The notes below the pieces were generated by a model. That model was given only the letters and a program-made list of their open reading frames with translations. It ran no database searches and had not been told where the DNA came from. A stretch of DNA of 64,000 nucleotides from contig CAVPHA010000025.1 of NCBI GenBank assembly GCA_963704125.1, positions 21,481 through 85,480 on the forward strand, in the 5' to 3' direction. This DNA is from an uncultured Acidobacteriota bacterium. Its GTDB lineage: Bacteria > Acidobacteriota > Thermoanaerobaculia > Thermoanaerobaculales > Sulfomarinibacteraceae. Within the stretch, counting starts at the first letter, position 1. Each line of letters begins with the position of its first letter. The position numbers were made by a program, and so were the translations under genes. Shown here in pieces: positions 1 through 11,164 of this stretch.

Positions 1-34
1 GCCCGATGAGCCCGAAATCCGCTTTGTCAGTCAT
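1..34 (-). CDS. gnd: N-terminus of 6-phosphogluconate dehydrogenase (runs off window edge)
   Basis: Reverse strand reads GGAGGAAG RBS then ATG at 34 encoding MTDKADFGLIG, like the Gnd N-terminal motif ADxGLIGLAVMG. Lies downstream of uxaE/SDR/LarA as in Thermotoga. Only 11 codons visible. Confidence 0.6.
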   Translation of the reverse strand, partial: MTDKADFGLIG

Positions 35-122
35 TCGCTCTTCCTCCATTGAAATCGATATATGTACTCTGATCGAGCGAGACCGCGACGCGTCGAGGCG
101 TCTCCCCGACAGCAGCCTGGTC

Positions 123-196
123 GGGAGGGTGTAAAACCCTCCGCCTACGGTTCTTTCATTGATGGGGTATCCTTAGGCGGCGGGTCTACGCCCGCC
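123..196. repeat. GTAG-type REP doublet
   Basis: GGGAGGGTGTAAAACCCTCCGCCTAC (123-148) and inverted TAGGCGGCGGGTCTACGCCCGCC (174-196). The first is nearly the reverse complement of the REP inside the MITE at 29.5/63.5 kb. Confidence 0.7.
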
Positions 197-226
197 TCGC
201 GGAATGACCGATCAGGGACGGCGAGT

Positions 227-1505
227 TCAGACCGCATCGTCCTCGCCCCGCACCCGATACAACTGTTCACCGGCTCGTCGCACGAGGAGGATCCCCTCAT
301 CCTCTCGGTCCGCCCAGGCTTCCGGATCGATGGACGCCGGGTCGAGATAGCCGAGACCGATGCGTTCGCAGCGCTCCTTTGGAATCCCCGTGGCGAGAGT
401 CACATCGATGCGAGCCCTCTCGACTCCGTCGACAAACGTCCCCGCGCCGCGCACGTGGGTGGAGTGCGCGACGATCCCCCACGGGAAACGGGAGAACCTG
501 TCCCACTGGGCGGTGAAATAGTCGCGGACGTGGTAGCCGATCTCGTCGATGATCCGCCCGTGGACATAGGAGACCTCGGTGATGTGGGGAGCGTAGATCA
601 CGACCTCGCCGCCATCGGCGATGGCCGGCTCGAGCTTGTACATCCCTTTGGCGCCGGTCCACAGATCGTCGTACATTTCGGGGACCATTGAAAGCACCCG
701 CCGGTACGGCCGATCAACCCAGACGATGTCGAGCTTGGCCGACAGCTCGGTCGCCGCGCGCCAGGTCTCGTCCATCTCGCCGACAAAGAGGCCCGCGAAG
801 ATCCATGCCGTGCATGACCATGGCGATGAGCGAGCTCGGGGTCGGGATGAAGGATGCGGCACGGTTGATGAGGCGCCGCATGGGGGTGTCGGCGACACCA
901 ATGATCTCCTTGCTCGTCAGCAGTGCGCCGAGCCAGTGGGTGACATCGATGACCTCCTGCCCCGACACCCCGGGTACGAAGTACTTGTTGCCGCCGGAGA
1001 ACCCGGCGACCTCGTGCGGGAAGACCGGTCCGCAGACCAGGAGTTCGTCGTAGGGGCGTTCACCGTTGGGGTCGCCGACCAGCCTGTTGAGCCGGACCGG
1101 CACGTCGAGATCCATCCGCCCGTCACTGGCGTCGCGCATCTCCGACGCGGGTATCACTCCCACGGTCACGAATGTCTCTTCGAGATCCCAACGGTGATTG
1201 AATATCATCGAATCCCCGGTGGATCCGTCGCGGACCTCGACGCCGACCAATCGACCGAGGGCCTCGTCGCTCATGGGGGGGTGGGTACCGAGGGCCACCA
1301 GGAAATCGAGAGCCTCGACCCGTGGGCCGAGGACCTGATGCAGGAGGTAGTACATCAGCGGGATAGGCGCGGTCCGGGTGCTGTCCGGAATGACGACCAA
1401 CACCTTCTTGCCGTCGTACCTCGCGCCTTCCAGTCCCTTGGTGAGGATCCGGCGCACCTCGGAGAGAACGAGGGAACGGTCGGAGTGGCTCTCGTAGACG
1501 ACCAC
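227..1505 (-). CDS. LarA-family nickel-pincer hydroxyacid epimerase, probable D-mannonate/D-gluconate 2-epimerase (GntE-like); frameshift near 790
   Basis: ORFs 714-1505 and 227-901 join. Motifs IPDSTRT, ALGTHPPM and HEVAGFSGGNKYFVPG are typical of LarA. Syntenic with uxaE-SDR-gnd. Confidence 0.8.
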
Positions 1506-1512
1506 AACGCCC

Positions 1513-2296
1513 TCAGATGGTCATGGCGGTGAAACCGCCATCGACGCGAATCAGCGTACCGGTCACAAAACTCGACGCGGGCTCCGCCGCCAACCACACC
1601 ACCGCGCCGGCAAGCTCCTCGGCTTCACCGAATCGGCCCATGGGGGTGTGACCCAAAATCGACGCCGTTCGTTCCTCGGTGAGCAGCTTGCGGTTCTGCT
1701 CGGCGGGGAAAAAACCGGGCGCCACGGCGTTGACCCGCACCTTATCCGGCGCCCACTCGCGGGCGAGGAACTGGGTCATGTTGTTGATCCCGGCCTTGGT
1801 GATGGAGTAGGTGAAGACCTTGGAAAGCGGTGGTCCCGATGAGGCCGAGGAGACATTGATGATCGACCCGCCGTCGCCCTGCTCGACCATCCGACGACCG
1901 AAGATCTGACTGGCGAGAAAATAGCTCGTCAGATTGACGGCGAGGATCTTGTCCCACTCGTCGCGGGTGATCTCGAAGATCGGGGTCCCCGAGTTGATCC
2001 CCGGCGCGTTGAGCAGGATGTCGACCCGGCCCCACTTTTCGACGATCCGATCGAGGGCGGATTTGAGCTCGTCTGCGTTGGTGGCGTCGACCCCGATTCC
2101 CATGGCGTCGACCCCGGCCGCTCCATAGATCATATTGGCCTGCGCCACCGCCGCCTCCTCGATGAGATCGAGGACCGCGACGCGCGCACCGGCCCGGCCC
2201 AAGCGCCGTGGCCATGGCGCCGCCGAGGACGCCGCCGGCGCCGATGGTGACCGCGACCTTTCCATCCAACGAAAACAGATCTTCGAGATAGCTCAT
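1513..2296 (-). CDS. SDR oxidoreductase, probable fructuronate reductase / mannonate oxidoreductase (UxuB-like); frameshift near 2205
   Basis: LFSLDGKVAVTIGAGGVLG in one frame continues into a frame with YSITK catalytic motif and VRVNAVAPGFFPAEQNRKLL. Abuts the uxaE stop. Confidence 0.8.
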
Positions 2297-3856
2297 CAGA
2301 CCCTCCCGAAAGGTTTGGTGTGGCGCTTGAAGTGCGTCACCAAATTACTGAAGTGGACATCCTCGTTCTCTCTGAGGCAGGCCATGATCCGATCCTTGAA
2401 GAGCGTCCTGCCATCCGGGTCACGCTCGGTGAGCACCCGGCCGAAGGTGACGTGGAGCACCTGCCGCGCATCCTCGTCGTCGAGCAGCCGGACCAGGGCT
2501 TCGTCATCGAGCGTGGTCGCCGCGGGCACCCGTTCGAGCTCGCCCGAGACGTGGTACGTCCGCCGCTCGTGCTCATAAAGCGAGCGCGCAAAGTCGAGGA
2601 TCTCGCGGAAGAGCCCGGGGTCGCAGACGGCGATCGCACGCAGCGCCTCGAGGTAGCTGGTCCCCGCGGTCTTGACGTGGACGCCACCCGATCCGATCTC
2701 GCCGATGGTGCGATAGACCCCGAACTTGTCGCTGCCCGAGTGAATGCTGATCTTGTACGGGCCGAAGGCTTCGGCGATGGCGAGGTGTTTGAGGTACTCG
2801 GTTTTGAAAACACCGAGATCGCCGCGATAGTCGATCCCCTTTTCGAAGTCGCCGACGAATCGCGGCGCCAGACCGACCCACTTCACCCCCAACCGTTTGA
2901 GCTCCGAGGCCACCAGCCAGTGTTCGAAGGGGCTCGTGACCGAGGCGGTTTCGTCCACCGAGACTTCAACCTCGAACGGTCGCTCCCCCATCACCTCGAC
3001 GATGTGGCGGTACATGGTGGCGACGTGGGCCAGCGCTGCGCCGTACTTGACCAGCCCTCGGAGGACATCTTCGGTCGTGGGCTCGAGCACCAGCTCCGAT
3101 CCGATCTCGAACCGCTGTCCGGCAAATCGCGAAAGGACGCCATCGAGACTCTCACCGAGCGTCGCCCACGGCAGATCCGCGGCCGCAGCGTGGAGCTCGG
3201 CGACCGACATCTCATCGGCGGCGTCGACCACGTGGTCGCCGGGATCGATGGTGAACATGGTGAAACCGGCATCAGCCATGAGCTCGACATCGGCCGGGGT
3301 CTTGAGGTGATCGGCGTCGGCGCCGTAGCCCGAGCGCCAGCCCTCCTGAAAGACCGCCCAGGTGGCGGCGTCCATGACCTCGTCGGGGGTCCGCTCGGTG
3401 CGTTCGAGCTCGCGGATGGACTGCTGGGCGAGCACCACTTCGAAACCGCTGCCGTCCATGGCACGGAGGTGGGCAGGTCCGGCAATCCCGAGCCGGTCGC
3501 CGAGCCCGAAGCTGTCGGCCAGACCCAGGACCCGCGGCCGAGTCCACTCGAGGAGTTCCCGCAACACAGCGGCGTTGCCCGCGGTGAGGCGGCAGCGCCG
3601 AACCTGATCCTCGGTGTCGAAGGCCCACTTCAGGCAGGTGCCCTCGAAACGCTCCGACACCGGATCGTTCGGCGGCGCCACGATGTAGAGTCGGCGACCG
3701 GGCGTGCCTCGACCCATGAAAAGCAGCGCCTCGCCGATGGCGATGGACCGAGTGCGGGTAGATCTCCAACGACCGGTCGGCCATGGCGATGGGCACTCGA
3801 TCCGGACCTTCCGGCGGCGATTCGATGATTCTCAGCAGATCCTCACGGAGGTTCAT
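2296..3856 (-). CDS. uxaE: Tagaturonate/fructuronate epimerase; frameshift near 3735
   Basis: Motifs SFGLGDRLG, AQQSIRELERT, GADADHLKT, EVSVDET, FEKGIDY, KISIHSGSDKF, HVKTAGTSYLEALR, RQVLHVTFG. Confidence 0.9.
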
Positions 3857-3957
3857 ACCGGCTCCTTGACCTCTTGGGTCATGATTCGAGTCCGTCCCGC
3901 ACTCCTCGACCGCTCGACGTCGACATTCTTTTCATGGACAACAACAACTCAGCGCGG

Positions 3958-5144
3958 TCAATTCAGCACCACCGTGTGCATCAGGGTGTACGGCCCACCG
4001 TGGGCGTCATCCCGGTAGACCTCGACTACGGGGCTGTCACCACCGACGATCACCCTGAAAAACGAGCTTCTCGTCTGCCCGCGACCCTCGATCTGCGCCT
4101 CGTAGTAGCGGTCGCGAGCGGTCGGATCGCTGCCGTACTCGGTGTAGAACTGGGCCAGGGTCTGGGTGACCGGCTGACCCGTCAAACCGAGGTACTTGAA
4201 CCAGTAATCGACGTGGTATTCATCATCTCGATAGAGTTGTCTGATCGAATTCGCCTCGCCGACGCCCTTCGCCTTGCCTTCCTCGATGGCGCGATGGACA
4301 GCCGCGTACATCTGATCGGCGTACGAGGCCTCCTCGAGACCGCGGGCGTGGCCCGGATCGAGCTGCCACAGCCCGTTGATCTTGCCGACGGAGGTGTTGT
4401 GGGTGTGGCCGCAGACATAGGCGTCGACGTCGTACTTCCGCAGCAGCTGGTGGAAGGCAAAGGCGGTTTCCGGGTCTTCATCGAGGGAGTCGCCCTGGTG
4501 TCGAAGCCGCCCGTTGTCCATGTCCGGCATCGGGAGTAGGGGTTCGTGGCCGAAGACAAAGATGTGTTCCTTGTCGGTGGCCTCGAGGTCCGCCGCCAAC
4601 CACGCCATGAGTTCGGGCACGAGCGCGCCTTCGAGACCCCAGTCCTTGACCCCGTCGAAGTACTGGTTGAGCACGACGAAGTGGGTGTTCGCCCAGTCGA
4701 AGGAAAAGGTCGTTTCCTCGCATCCCGCCGGACCGCGGTTGACGACATTGGGCACCGTCACGCTGTACTCGCGAAGGTACTCCATGCTCGAGGGCGACTC
4801 GGGGTCGTGGTTGCCGAGCACGGGATACCACGGGTAGTCCTCGCCGATGGTCCGGTCGATCATGTCCCGCACCGCGGACGGCGGATCGACATCGAGATCG
4901 CCGGGGCTGATCATGAAGGACCCGGCGCCGACCGCCGCGATGGCCTTGCAGGCGCCCGAAAAGTGCTCGGATTCTTCACCCGCCGCCGCGAAATTCCTCA
5001 TATCGGCCGCGATGATGAAGACCAGGTCTTCGTCCGACGGCCTCGACCCCGAACACCGGGGCCGATGCCTCCGACGAGAACCACGATGAGCAAGAGCTTG
5101 ATCAGACCGGTTGGATGGACGCGATGCACGGTTTCGCATGGCAT
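3958..5144 (-). CDS. Secreted calcineurin-like metallophosphoesterase; frameshift near the signal peptide (~5040)
   Basis: Motifs AADMR, PGDLD, GNHD, GHEP, CGHTH. Hydrophobic leader LIKLLLIVVLVGG lies in the adjacent frame from ATG 5144, after RBS GAGGAGG. Confidence 0.8.
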
Positions 5145-5159
5145 CCCCTCCTCGACTCC

Positions 5160-5545
5160 TTGCGGGCGGGACGCCCGCACCACAATGGCGCATTTCACCC
5201 CGAGTGAACGAGTCGGACGAGTGAGTAGAAGGGTCCCCCGTGGGCTGGGAGAGCCTTTCTCCACTCAACTTCGCCCCGATCTTCGGGGGATTCTCCGACT
5301 CGCTTCGCTCGCTCCCTTTGACAAAGACCCCTGTCACCCTGAGCGGAGCAGCCTCCGAGGCTGCGCAGTCGAAGGGTCCCCCGAGGGTAGGAAGACCACT
5401 CCTGTTGGCTCGTCCCACCGACCCTCGGGGGATTCTTCGACTCACTCGCGGACTCGTTCGCTCAGAATGACAGGTATTGGTTGCTCCGCCATTCCTGGAG
5501 CAGGCGTCGCCTCGCGGCGTGGCGGTGCTCAGAATGACAGGTGCT
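5160..5545. repeat. Composite cluster of REP-like hairpin repeats (CTGTCAYYCTGAGC family plus a GTGG-type REP)
   Basis: CCTGTCACCCTGAGCG...GTCGAAGGGTCCCCCGAGGGTAGG and inverted GACTCACTCGCGGACTCGTTCGCTCAGAATGACAGG. The same modules recur at 37.5-38.0 kb and 63.86-63.92 kb. Confidence 0.75.
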
Positions 5546-5582
5546 TTCACCGCTGGAGCCGTCCGCCTGCGTGTTGGTTCGC

Positions 5583-5617
5583 AATTCATAATTCATAATT
5601 CAAAATTCATAATTTGA
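5583..5617. repeat. AT-rich heptamer tandem repeat (AATTCAT/AATTCAA, 5 units)
   Basis: aattcat aattcat aattcaa aattcat aatttga immediately after the phoD stop. Confidence 0.85.
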
Positions 5618-5620
5618 GAT

Positions 5621-7069
5621 TCAGTCATCAACCGAGATCTCGTAGTATCCCTCGCCGGCGTCGTAGTGCTCCTGCCGCTGCTCTCGGAACCTCCTCGACC
5701 TTGTCGGGCCAGGAGGTGACGCCGTTGACGAGCTCGGAGGCCTTGACCTCGAACGGACCGCGGACGACCCGGCCGAAGGTGTCGACCAGCCGATACCTCA
5801 AGGTCGGATCATCACCCATCTTGAAGTCGATGAGGCCGAAGTTGCTCCCTTGGAAGTAGACCGGCCAGATTCGTTGTTCGGGCCGGCGTTCGAGCCAGCT
5901 GTCGGGGATGACCTGGGCCAGCGGTGAGCTGACCATGTCGTAGATGTCGTAGCCGCCGTGCTCGGACCACGGGATGACGTTGAGCTCGCCGACGTGGGTG
6001 TCACCGGAGATCCCGACCACCCCGGTGATCTCGTGATCGCGGATGAAGTCGAAGAGCCGATTGCGCTCGTGCAGGAACGCGGCCCAGGAGTCGCCGCCCA
6101 CGACCCTTGTTCTTGCTCCAGCCGCTGCCCGAGACCAGGACCTTGAAGACCGCGGTGCTCGCCTCGAGCTGCTCGGTGAGCCACGTGTACTGGGCGGCGA
6201 CCGAGCATGGTCTTCTCGGGCGTGTCCGGATCCTCGTCGGGATCGCGGTACCAGCGACCGTCGATGACGAAGAACTCCACCTGACCCCAGGTGTAGGTGT
6301 AGAAGATCCCCTTGACATCGGGCAGGCCGAACGAGGGATTCGGCCAGTACTCGAGAAAGACCTCGTAGGCGCCCGTCTTTCACCGGGTTGGTGCGATCGT
6401 GGTTGTTGAGCCCGAAGTCGTGGTCGTCCCACACCGCGAGGTTGGAGATGTTCTGGATCACCGGTTGCAGACCCGCGATCTCGCGCTGACGTCGGTACTC
6501 CTCGCGCAGGATGTCGGGATCGAGGGCGTCGGCGTAGATGTTGTCGCCGATCCAGAAGAAGATGTCGGGCTCGTAGTGAACCACCCACGGCCAGATCGGC
6601 TGGATGCGGTCGTCCTGCCACTTGGGGCAGGAACCGAAGGCGATCCGCAGATCTTCGGGTTCGCCCGCCGGCGGAGCGGTGTGGAAGCTGAAGGGCTCGA
6701 GCTTCTCGAGATAGCGGTCCCTGATTCCATCGACCCTGAGCTCGTAGAAGTACTCGGTGGACGGTTCGAGATCGGCGAGGTGATCATCGCGGTGTAGTCG
6801 TCGACCTTCTCGACCATCACCGGCTCGGTTTGCGTCGGCGATGTGAAGTCGGGAGTCACGTCGTAGACGACGGCGACGTTAAAGGCGCCGCTCGTCCGCA
6901 CCCAGATCCTGGCGTCGGTGTCGGTCACGGCGCCGACCATGGGTCCCTGCATCAGGCGGGGATAGCCGGTGGATGAAGCTTTGGCGGCAAACGCCGCCGA
7001 AACGCCGAGGAGGGAAACGAGGACCCCGACGAGGACCACGCGGCGCAGATGTTCGAGGATGATCATCAT
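5621..7069 (-). CDS. phoD: Alkaline phosphatase D family protein (secreted); several frameshifts
   Basis: Signal peptide and RLMQGPMVGAVTDTDARIWVRT, then WIGDNIYAD, WDDHDFGLNN, IDGRWYRD, ISGDTHVG across ORFs 6458-7084, 5628-6584 and 5798-6280. Confidence 0.85.
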
Positions 7070-7080
7070 CGTACCTTCTT

Positions 7081-9172
7081 TCAAAAGACCCAGGACAGTT
7101 TGGTGAAGACGGTGTCGTCCTGCTCGGACACCGCCCCGATCTCCGACGTCCCCTTCTGATAGGCGATCTGCAGCGAGCCGAACGGCGGCAGGAACCTCCA
7201 GACCCCGAGCAGCTGGACATTCTCCTTGCTGATCACGGAGTTGGTCTGGACGAAGAGACTGAGAAACAGGTTGTTGGTGAAGTAATAGCTCGATCTAAAA
7301 ACGTGGATCCAGGTGCTCTCGTGCTCGGGGTCCGGGTCGAGCTCGAGCCGGGTCGCCTCGTAGGAGAGATCCCATGCTTTCGACAGCCGGAACTCCAGCT
7401 CGATGGTCGCGAGCGTGAGATCGCTGTCGAAGTTTCTGCCCGTGCCCACGCCGACGTTGATCGCTCTCCCGGCGCGGTTGTCGTAGCCGACCTCCAGGCT
7501 GGTGATCGAGTTGCGGAATTCACTTTCGAAAACCTCGAGCCCGTCGTCGTACGACAGCTCGAACTGCCAACCGCTCGTCAGCACGAGCTCGATGTCGGTT
7601 TCGAGCTCCCAACTTCTGAGATCGCCGGCCTGGCTGTCGAAACGGTTGTAGTTGATCTTGCCTTCGACTCTCTCGAATGCGCTGTCCTGGAACCAGATCT
7701 GGTGGGTTGCCTCGGCGTCCCACTCCTTCCGGTCGTCGTCGGCGAGAAAGCCGACGGCGTTGACGTTGTCCTTCAGCCCCGCGTCGAGCGACGTGTAACG
7801 GATGTGGAAGTGGGTGTTGGCCGAGTCGTACGCCGGTCGCAGGAACCAGCCCATCGTGCCGTCGTTGGTCGGCCCGTGCGAACGCAGGAACTGGCCCGTC
7901 ATCCCGATGGTCTCGGTGAAAAAGAGGGTGGCATCGAAACCGATCGAGCCCATGTTCTCCCCCTCGGCCCGCCGGTTGCCCGCGAGCAGACCAATCGTTG
8001 AAGGCCCGAACACCCCCCGCTGCACCCGCAGGATGGTGTAGTCCGCGTCCGTCGTCTCCGGCGATCCCGTCACTTCGTTGTCGATGTGGAGATCGGCGCG
8101 CGTCGCGATGGCCGAGATATCGAAACCGCCGAGCTCGCCGACGAGCTTGCCGCCGGCGGTGATGTCGCCGATGCGCCGGCTGTAGAACTGGAGGATCCGC
8201 TGCTCGTACATCGCGATGCCCTCGAGAAAGAACGGCCTCTTCTCGGGCACGAAGAGCTCGTAGCGGGTGAGGTTGACCTCCTCGACATCGGCCTCGATGA
8301 GGGCGAAGTCCGGGTTGATGGTCAGATCGCCGCTCAGGTTGTTGGTGATCCTGAACCTGAGATCGGCGCCGAACTTGGTGAAGATCTCCTCGCCCTTTTC
8401 GGCCGCGATGAGCGTATAGGGGATGAACGCGAGCTTCTTGAAATCGGTCGCCCTCACGGTGAGGCCGTCCAGCTTGCCGAACTCCGACACCCGCCACTGC
8501 GACTCGCCCGGCCCCGACCACACCGATGTCTCGAGCCGCCGCGGCACCCGCCGTTGGAAGTTGATTCCCCAGGTGATCTTGTCGCCACCCGTGAAACGGA
8601 GCATCCGGAAGGGGATCGCAAACTCGACGGCCCAGCCGGCAGCGGTTCGGCTCGAGGCGCACTTCCAGGTCCCGTCCCACTCGGTCTCGACGGTGCGGCC
8701 GTTGTCCGCCACCGTGCCGTCGGTCTGCACGCCGAGACTGTTGGTGGCAAAGAAGTAGGCCGTTCTCCCGTTGTGAAGGGTGTCGATGAGGACCGTGACC
8801 GAGTCATCCCGATCGAGGTCGCCATCGCGGGAGGTCACCGCGGCCGCGATCCTCCCGGGATCGGGGTCGAAGTTTCGAAAGGCGACATAGAGCGTGTCCG
8901 AGGTCACACCGATCAACACCACCGTTCGGAACGGCGACGGTGCTACCGAACTCGGGTTCAAACTGGATGAAACCCTCGACCTCGGAGGCGCCGGTCCATA
9001 TCTCGTCATCGAGCACGCCGTCGATCACCGGTCCCTGGTCAAAGACCGCCGCATCAAATCGCAAATCCGTGGCGCCGACACCCAGGGACAGCAAGACAAG
9101 GACCACGGTCAAGGCGCCGACCCGCTCCGCGCTGATCGTTTTCACTCTCTGGGTTTGCCGGTTGCCCTTCAC
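7081..9172 (-). CDS. CBM9-like sugar-binding domain plus DUF5916 outer-membrane beta-barrel protein; frameshift near 8945
   Basis: PVIDGVLDDEIW, WAVEFAIPF, WGINFQR, LTINPDFALIEAD, ELFVPEKRPFFLEG, FYSRRIG. C-terminal aromatic residue (KLSWVF). Confidence 0.8.
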
Positions 9173-9193
9173 CCTTGCCCGTCCATCGCGTAA

Positions 9194-10000
9194 TCAGGTC
9201 ACAGACTTCAGATGAGCGATGCCCCTCTCGGCAGCGACGTCGGGATCGGGCAGGGGCATGAACTCGCCGGACACAAAACCCTCATACCCGGTTTCGACCA
9301 GCACCTCCAGAATCCTGCCGAAATCGAGGTGACCGGCGCCGGGGTACCACCGATTCGAGTCGGCCACGTGGAAGTGGAAGATGCGATCGCCGACGGCGCG
9401 GATGCTGTCCTCGATCTCGGCCTCTTCGATGTTCATGTGGAAGGTGTCGAGCAGGAGGCCGAAGTTGTCCGCACCGACCCGTTCGATGAGCTCCAGCCCC
9501 TGGGTCGCGGAGTGGATGAGATCGGTCTCGTAGCGGTTCATGGGCTCGAGGGCGAAGCGGACTCCGGTGCCCGCGGCCGCCGCCGCGCACGCCCGGATCG
9601 CCTCGACCAGGTACTCCATGGACCGTTCGTGGGTCTGCCCCTCGGGAGTGATCCCACGAATGAGACCGAGGATGACGATGGCGTCGAGATGGGCGGCCAG
9701 CGGGATGTGGCTCGAGATCCGCTCGATGGCCGCGGCGCGCACCTTCTCGTCGTCGCTGGTAAAGGACAGCCCCTCCTCGCCCCACGCCTGGCCGGTCCCG
9801 ATGGCGGGCACGACCAGGTTGTGCGACGAGACGACGCGCTCGAGCTCGCCGGCGTTCACCAACTTCGGATCCCGCACGGCGAGCTCGACACCGTCATAAC
9901 CCCAACCGGCGATCTTGGCCACGTTGGCCTCGAAATCGCCCTTGAACGCCACCGCCTGGAAGGCGGCGGCGTGGGTCGACAGCACGACGCTGAGTTTCAT
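9194..10000 (-). CDS. iolO: Xylose-isomerase-like TIM-barrel epimerase, probable 5-keto-L-gluconate epimerase
   Basis: Start MKLSVVLS at 10000. Motifs GYDGVELAVRDP, AIGTGQAW, LEPMNRYET, LDTFHMNIEE, HFHVADSNRWYPGAGH. Follows iolN. Confidence 0.8.
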   Translation of the reverse strand: MKLSVVLSTHAAAFQAVAFKGDFEANVAKIAGWGYDGVELAVRDPKLVNAGELERVVSSHNLVVPAIGTGQAWGEEGLSFTSDDEKVRAAAIERISSHIPLAAHLDAIVILGLIRGITPEGQTHERSMEYLVEAIRACAAAAAGTGVRFALEPMNRYETDLIHSATQGLELIERVGADNFGLLLDTFHMNIEEAEIEDSIRAVGDRIFHFHVADSNRWYPGAGHLDFGRILEVLVETGYEGFVSGEFMPLPDPDVAAERGIAHLKSVT

Positions 10001-10008
10001 CCGGTCAC

Positions 10009-11133
10009 CTACGAGTTCGAACCCTGACCGATCCGCGGCAGTGCGTAGACCGGCTTCCAACCCTCGCTCAGAGGTTCGCGGAGATAGGGCTCCATCTCGG
10101 CCTCGGTGCGCAGCGTGACCATCTCGACCGGAGGCACGGTCCCGGCCGGCCAGACTTCCAGAGTCTGGTCGTTGAGCAGGGTGAGGTACTTCAGAATGGC
10201 GGCAACCGGACGCTTGGCCTTCTCGGCGGTGCCCTGGGTGGCCTTGCCGACAACGCCTTCGGGGGTCGCGGCGATCTCGATGGCGAAGTGACCCTCGCCC
10301 TCGGACCAGCGGCTCGGCCGGCTGAACGGATCCACCGACTTGTCGAAGTGACCGTCGGGAAGCCAGCCGATGCCTTCGGTGTCGACCGCATAGTCCATGT
10401 CCACCATGTCGGGGTGGAGCAGCAGACCGAGGGAGGTCTCCGACTCGTCCGCGTGGACGAAATTGGTGTCCATCTTGCCGCCCTTGGGCTCGGTCCGGAA
10501 GAACTCGCGGACCGCACGGTGCCAGTCGATGACGCGGAAGACGCCCGGCAGCTGGTAGCGCTTCTGGAACTGCTGGATGGCCGACTCGAGCATCCACAGA
10601 TGACCGTGGTTGTTGATCAGGATCTGCTTGCGGAAACCGTCGTTCCACAGACCCAGCATCACGTCGATGAGAAACTCGCGCGCGATGTTCTCGCGGATGA
10701 TGACGGTGCCCGGCATCCCGAGGTGGTGGTACGGGTGCGACCCGTAGTTGAGCGGCGGCAGCGCGAGACTCACCGGCGCGCCCCGTTTGGCGGTGAACCG
10801 CCGCACGCCCTCGAGGATCTGGCTGACATAGAGCGTGTCCGACGCGCTCGGCAGGTGGCGGCCGTGGAGCTCGGTGCAGCCGATGGGAATGAAGACGATG
10901 TCGTTGTTCCGACGCTCGGCCTCGACCTGGTGGCGCACGGTGGTCTGGATATAGGACCCGGCCTTGCCCCACTCGCAGGGCGAGGGAATCCCGTAGTCGG
11001 CGAGGATTGCATCGATCTCGGCGTCGCTCGCGTCCCACACTTCCTTCTTGCACCGTCCGACGGTGTTGTCCTCGAAAAACAGATCCGGTTGATCGGTGGC
11101 CAGCAACCGGGGATCTTCTGGATTTTTCGACAT
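10009..11133 (-). CDS. iolN: Creatininase-family 3-dehydro-scyllo-inosose hydrolase
   Basis: PIGCTELHG, YGSHPYHHLGMPGT, INNHGH, FVHADESETS. Context between iolM and iolO. Confidence 0.8.
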   Translation of the reverse strand: MSKNPEDPRLLATDQPDLFFEDNTVGRCKKEVWDASDAEIDAILADYGIPSPCEWGKAGSYIQTTVRHQVEAERRNNDIVFIPIGCTELHGRHLPSASDTLYVSQILEGVRRFTAKRGAPVSLALPPLNYGSHPYHHLGMPGTVIIRENIAREFLIDVMLGLWNDGFRKQILINNHGHLWMLESAIQQFQKRYQLPGVFRVIDWHRAVREFFRTEPKGGKMDTNFVHADESETSLGLLLHPDMVDMDYAVDTEGIGWLPDGHFDKSVDPFSRPSRWSEGEGHFAIEIAATPEGVVGKATQGTAEKAKRPVAAILKYLTLLNDQTLEVWPAGTVPPVEMVTLRTEAEMEPYLREPLSEGWKPVYALPRIGQGSNS

Positions 11134-11164
11134 GTGATTCTCCTTGTCTCGTTTCGTTCACTCG

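Noticed and set aside
9194-11161. 655-aa ORF with a long N-terminal extension on iolO
   Set aside because: The extension is an off-frame overlap of iolN; the real start is ATG 10000.
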